DNA of 27,070 nucleotides, taken from IMG/VR virus record IMGVR_UViG_3300020362_000096, positions 1 to 27,070 of that record, one strand, 5' to 3'. The stretch is from a virus (lineage: Duplodnaviria; Caudoviricetes). A program made the translations under genes and the position numbers. Shown here one piece after another: positions 24,659 through 27,070 of this stretch (within the stretch, counting starts at the first letter, position 1; every line of letters begins with the position of its first letter). The notes under the pieces are model-generated. The model did not search any database. It saw nothing but the letters and a program-made list of their open reading frames with translations, and was not told the origin of the DNA.

Positions 24659-24716
24659 ATTATAATCCATTTTTTTACACTAGGTAGGGTAAGTGTGACG
24701 ATTTTTTTATTGTCTC
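24659..24716 (-). promoter_or_regulatory. Early promoter cassette copy (inside the halogenase 3' end)
   Basis: GAGACAATAAAAAAATCGTCAC-30 nt-TATAAT-AG. Confidence 0.75.
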
Positions 24717-26177
24717 AAGATATTCCTTATGATCTACCATAACAGTTTTACTCTTATAATCTTCGATATAGTCATGTTGCTGTTTAGCATCTTCATATAA
24801 TAATTCTGGATTTTTTCTTGACCACATATAATCCTCGATTGCTTTGGTGTTAAACAAATTGATACCTTTCATTACCTGTATATAATTATCATTTCCCCAG
24901 TAATCTAACATATCATCAGTATCAAATACATCTAAAAATTCATGTTGTAACTTCTCCTCCATAGTTTTTACCCAGTCAGTTTTATTATCTCTCATGTGTC
25001 TCCAAAATTTAGAGTCAGTTCTATTAGTACAATAATGTAAGTTTAAAAACTGTGTGTAATCAAATAATATTCTATTCTGAACCATATTGAATCTATCTCT
25101 ATTGTAATCTAACATTTTAAGAGTAGAATTTAAACTCATAAATGTTTCTACCATAAAGGTGAGATATTGGTGAGTTAATGCTTCTAATGGTTCAATAAAT
25201 CCACCTGATAAACCCACTGCTACACAATTACCTATCCATGCTCTTTTTTGATACCCACTATTCCATTTAATTATTCTAGGTTCTTCATCTAATTTTTCTG
25301 AGTGATTTATATTTAACCAGTTATTGAAATCATTTTTTGCTTCTTCATCAGTAGTAAACTTAGATGAATACAAATAACCCGTACCATATTCATTTTGTGA
25401 CGGGATTTGCCAGATCCACCCATGTTTAGTTGCATTTGCTAGTGTATAACTTGGAATAAAATCACTATTATTTTTTATCTTCTGTGGTATTGCCCTATCT
25501 AATGGTAAATACTGAGATAAATCTACCCACTCTGCACCATCTAACTTGTTAAGTAACATAGCATCAAGTCCAGTTGCATCTACAAATAAATCTGCACTTA
25601 CTTCTCCACTCTTTTCACATATAATACTCTGTATATTTTTACCATCAGTATTCACATCACTTATTTTATCTTCTATGATGTTTACTCTACCCTTGAGATA
25701 CTTAAACAGAAAATCACATAATTTATTTGTGGTTATATGAAACGCAAAATCATGTTTATCTAACTCAGTAGGTATAGTATTAGTTGCTTCATTGAAATTA
25801 ATACCACCATTATAATGTCCATTTAACATAGAATAAAACGAACTTACATTACTTGATAACTTATCACTTCTATTATTTGTTTCATCATTTGCAACTTCCA
25901 CAAATCCATGATAGTATTCTGTGTCTGGAATCCAATCTTTAAACAATACACCTAACTTAATTGTTGCATCTAACTCTCTGATAGCATCTTCTGTACTATA
26001 TCCCAAAGTTTCATTAAACACATCAATAAAACTAGGTGTAGTTCCCTCTCCTACACCTATACTTTGATTCTCTGGATTATAATATAGTGAGATATTTACT
26101 TTATCTTTCCAAAATACATTAAACAATGCAGCAGTAACTAATCCAGATGTACCTCCTCCAACTATTACTATATTCAT
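24675..26177 (-). CDS. prnA: Flavin-dependent (tryptophan) halogenase
   Basis: GGGTSG, IGVGEGT, IKLG (catalytic Lys position), WIWQIP (WxWxIP) and GFIEPLEA. Start MNIV at 26177. Confidence 0.9.
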   Translation of the reverse strand: MNIVIVGGGTSGLVTAALFNVFWKDKVNISLYYNPENQSIGVGEGTTPSFIDVFNETLGYSTEDAIRELDATIKLGVLFKDWIPDTEYYHGFVEVANDETNNRSDKLSSNVSSFYSMLNGHYNGGINFNEATNTIPTELDKHDFAFHITTNKLCDFLFKYLKGRVNIIEDKISDVNTDGKNIQSIICEKSGEVSADLFVDATGLDAMLLNKLDGAEWVDLSQYLPLDRAIPQKIKNNSDFIPSYTLANATKHGWIWQIPSQNEYGTGYLYSSKFTTDEEAKNDFNNWLNINHSEKLDEEPRIIKWNSGYQKRAWIGNCVAVGLSGGFIEPLEALTHQYLTFMVETFMSLNSTLKMLDYNRDRFNMVQNRILFDYTQFLNLHYCTNRTDSKFWRHMRDNKTDWVKTMEEKLQHEFLDVFDTDDMLDYWGNDNYIQVMKGINLFNTKAIEDYMWSRKNPELLYEDAKQQHDYIEDYKSKTVMVDHKEYLETIKKSSHLPYLV

Positions 26178-27070
26178 ACGCAATCATACCCTATTGTTCC
26201 AAATGGTTCTGGCGGGTCAGTCTCCCCCATAGTTGATAATAAATGTGCATACGGACTACCTAAACCTATTGAATACTCATAAAACATATTTGAATTATTC
26301 ATCCAAGAATATGGTAGTATTAATTCTCCACTAGCATTTTGTGAATGATGTGCTATTCTAAAATCTTCTTCCGTAAATGTATCACTTACTATTTTATCTA
26401 AGAAATTATTTCCTGTAAATGCTCCAGGATGTGAGAATATCGGACTGTTTAAGTACTCAGTTGCTTCCTCTTTAATTCTATTCCAATATGGTGTGTCATG
26501 TCTCGAACCATATTGATAAGTAAAACATAAAAAAGACTGCAAAGTTTGTATAATATAACTACCATATTGTAACTGTAACATATGGTCATGCACCTCTCTT
26601 TCTCTAGCATTATCATTATAAAGATATCTACATATTTGCTCTGCAATAAAATGTGTTGATTCTGCACTGGTTCCAGGACTTGCAGGTTCTATGTTTAATA
26701 ATGCAGTACCATTTCGCATATATCTTTTGTTCTCAGGGTGGATTATATAATTTGATATGTGTGGTATCCATGAGTGTTCTTTATAAAAGAATGTTCTTTG
26801 TCCACCATTGACTGTCTCATCAAATTTAAAATTAGGAAATATCTCTTTAAAATCCTCTACAACTTCTAATTCATCAGCAATATTATTATCATATAGATAT
26901 ATCCATCTTTGACTGTCACGCATTGGTAAACCTACTATGTGACCATGTTTAGCAGCATACTCAATAGTATAATTCCAATGCCCTTTCTCTGGTATTTCTA
27001 TCATTATTGCACTATTACTAAATGTCACACTAGGTTGCATATAATCCATTTCCCAACCTAATGGATTTTT
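26174..27070 (-). CDS. Divergent tryptophan halogenase-family flavoprotein (5' end off the window)
   Basis: Frame is open to the window edge. Motifs T...A..HG...LP...R..YLY, NGTALLNIEP and YQYGSRHDTPYW. Confidence 0.7.
   Translation of the reverse strand, partial: KNPLGWEMDYMQPSVTFSNSAIMIEIPEKGHWNYTIEYAAKHGHIVGLPMRDSQRWIYLYDNNIADELEVVEDFKEIFPNFKFDETVNGGQRTFFYKEHSWIPHISNYIIHPENKRYMRNGTALLNIEPASPGTSAESTHFIAEQICRYLYNDNAREREVHDHMLQLQYGSYIIQTLQSFLCFTYQYGSRHDTPYWNRIKEEATEYLNSPIFSHPGAFTGNNFLDKIVSDTFTEEDFRIAHHSQNASGELILPYSWMNNSNMFYEYSIGLGSPYAHLLSTMGETDPPEPFGTIGYDCV

Noticed and set aside
11445-24716. Repeated cassettes as a CRISPR array or DnaA boxes
   Set aside because: Spacing is irregular (0.5-3 kb) and contains genes. 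TGTCCAC only partly resembles TTATCCACA and has fixed geometry relative to a -10 box.
492-25740. All plus-strand ORFs in the track (492, 2151, 3420, 3717, 5402, 6090, 6681, 6718, 12806, 12858, 13863, 14414, 17005, 19410, 19787, 21080, 22350, 23696, 24372, 25546)
   Set aside because: They are antisense shadows of well-supported minus-strand genes and show no recognisable motifs.
7655-26667. Alternative-frame minus ORFs 7655-7861, 21348-21587 and 26449-26667
   Set aside because: They are nested in the oxygenase, helicase and halogenase genes and have no independent support.

Overview
AT-rich window from a T4-like cyanomyovirus, probably a Prochlorococcus/Synechococcus phage (Kyanoviridae-like). 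All credible genes are on the minus strand. From 1 to 6.5 kb is a late baseplate module: gp25, gp6, and the 5' ~1380 codons of a giant gp7-like structural protein, behind a TATAAATA late promoter. From 6.5 to 9.2 kb are a glycosyltransferase-like gene, two 2OG-Fe(II) oxygenases and small ORFs. From 9.24 to 9.86 kb is an ORF-free AT-rich region with back-to-back sigma70 promoters and TGTGAG repeats (candidate origin or ncRNA locus). From 9.9 to 24.7 kb is an early/hyperplastic region of about 45 mostly tiny ORFs, punctuated by 13 copies plus one variant of a palindrome + fixed spacer + -10 promoter cassette. This region also holds two ArdA-like acidic proteins, an SF2 helicase, a beta-class amino-methyltransferase with a repeat-flanked in-frame HTH insert, and a HinP1I/MspI-like nuclease behind a structured 5' leader. 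From 24.7 to 27 kb are two flavin-dependent halogenase-family genes. A manual scan found no ACGT, CCGG, GCGC or CGCG sites. All family assignments come from motif recognition by eye, not database searches.
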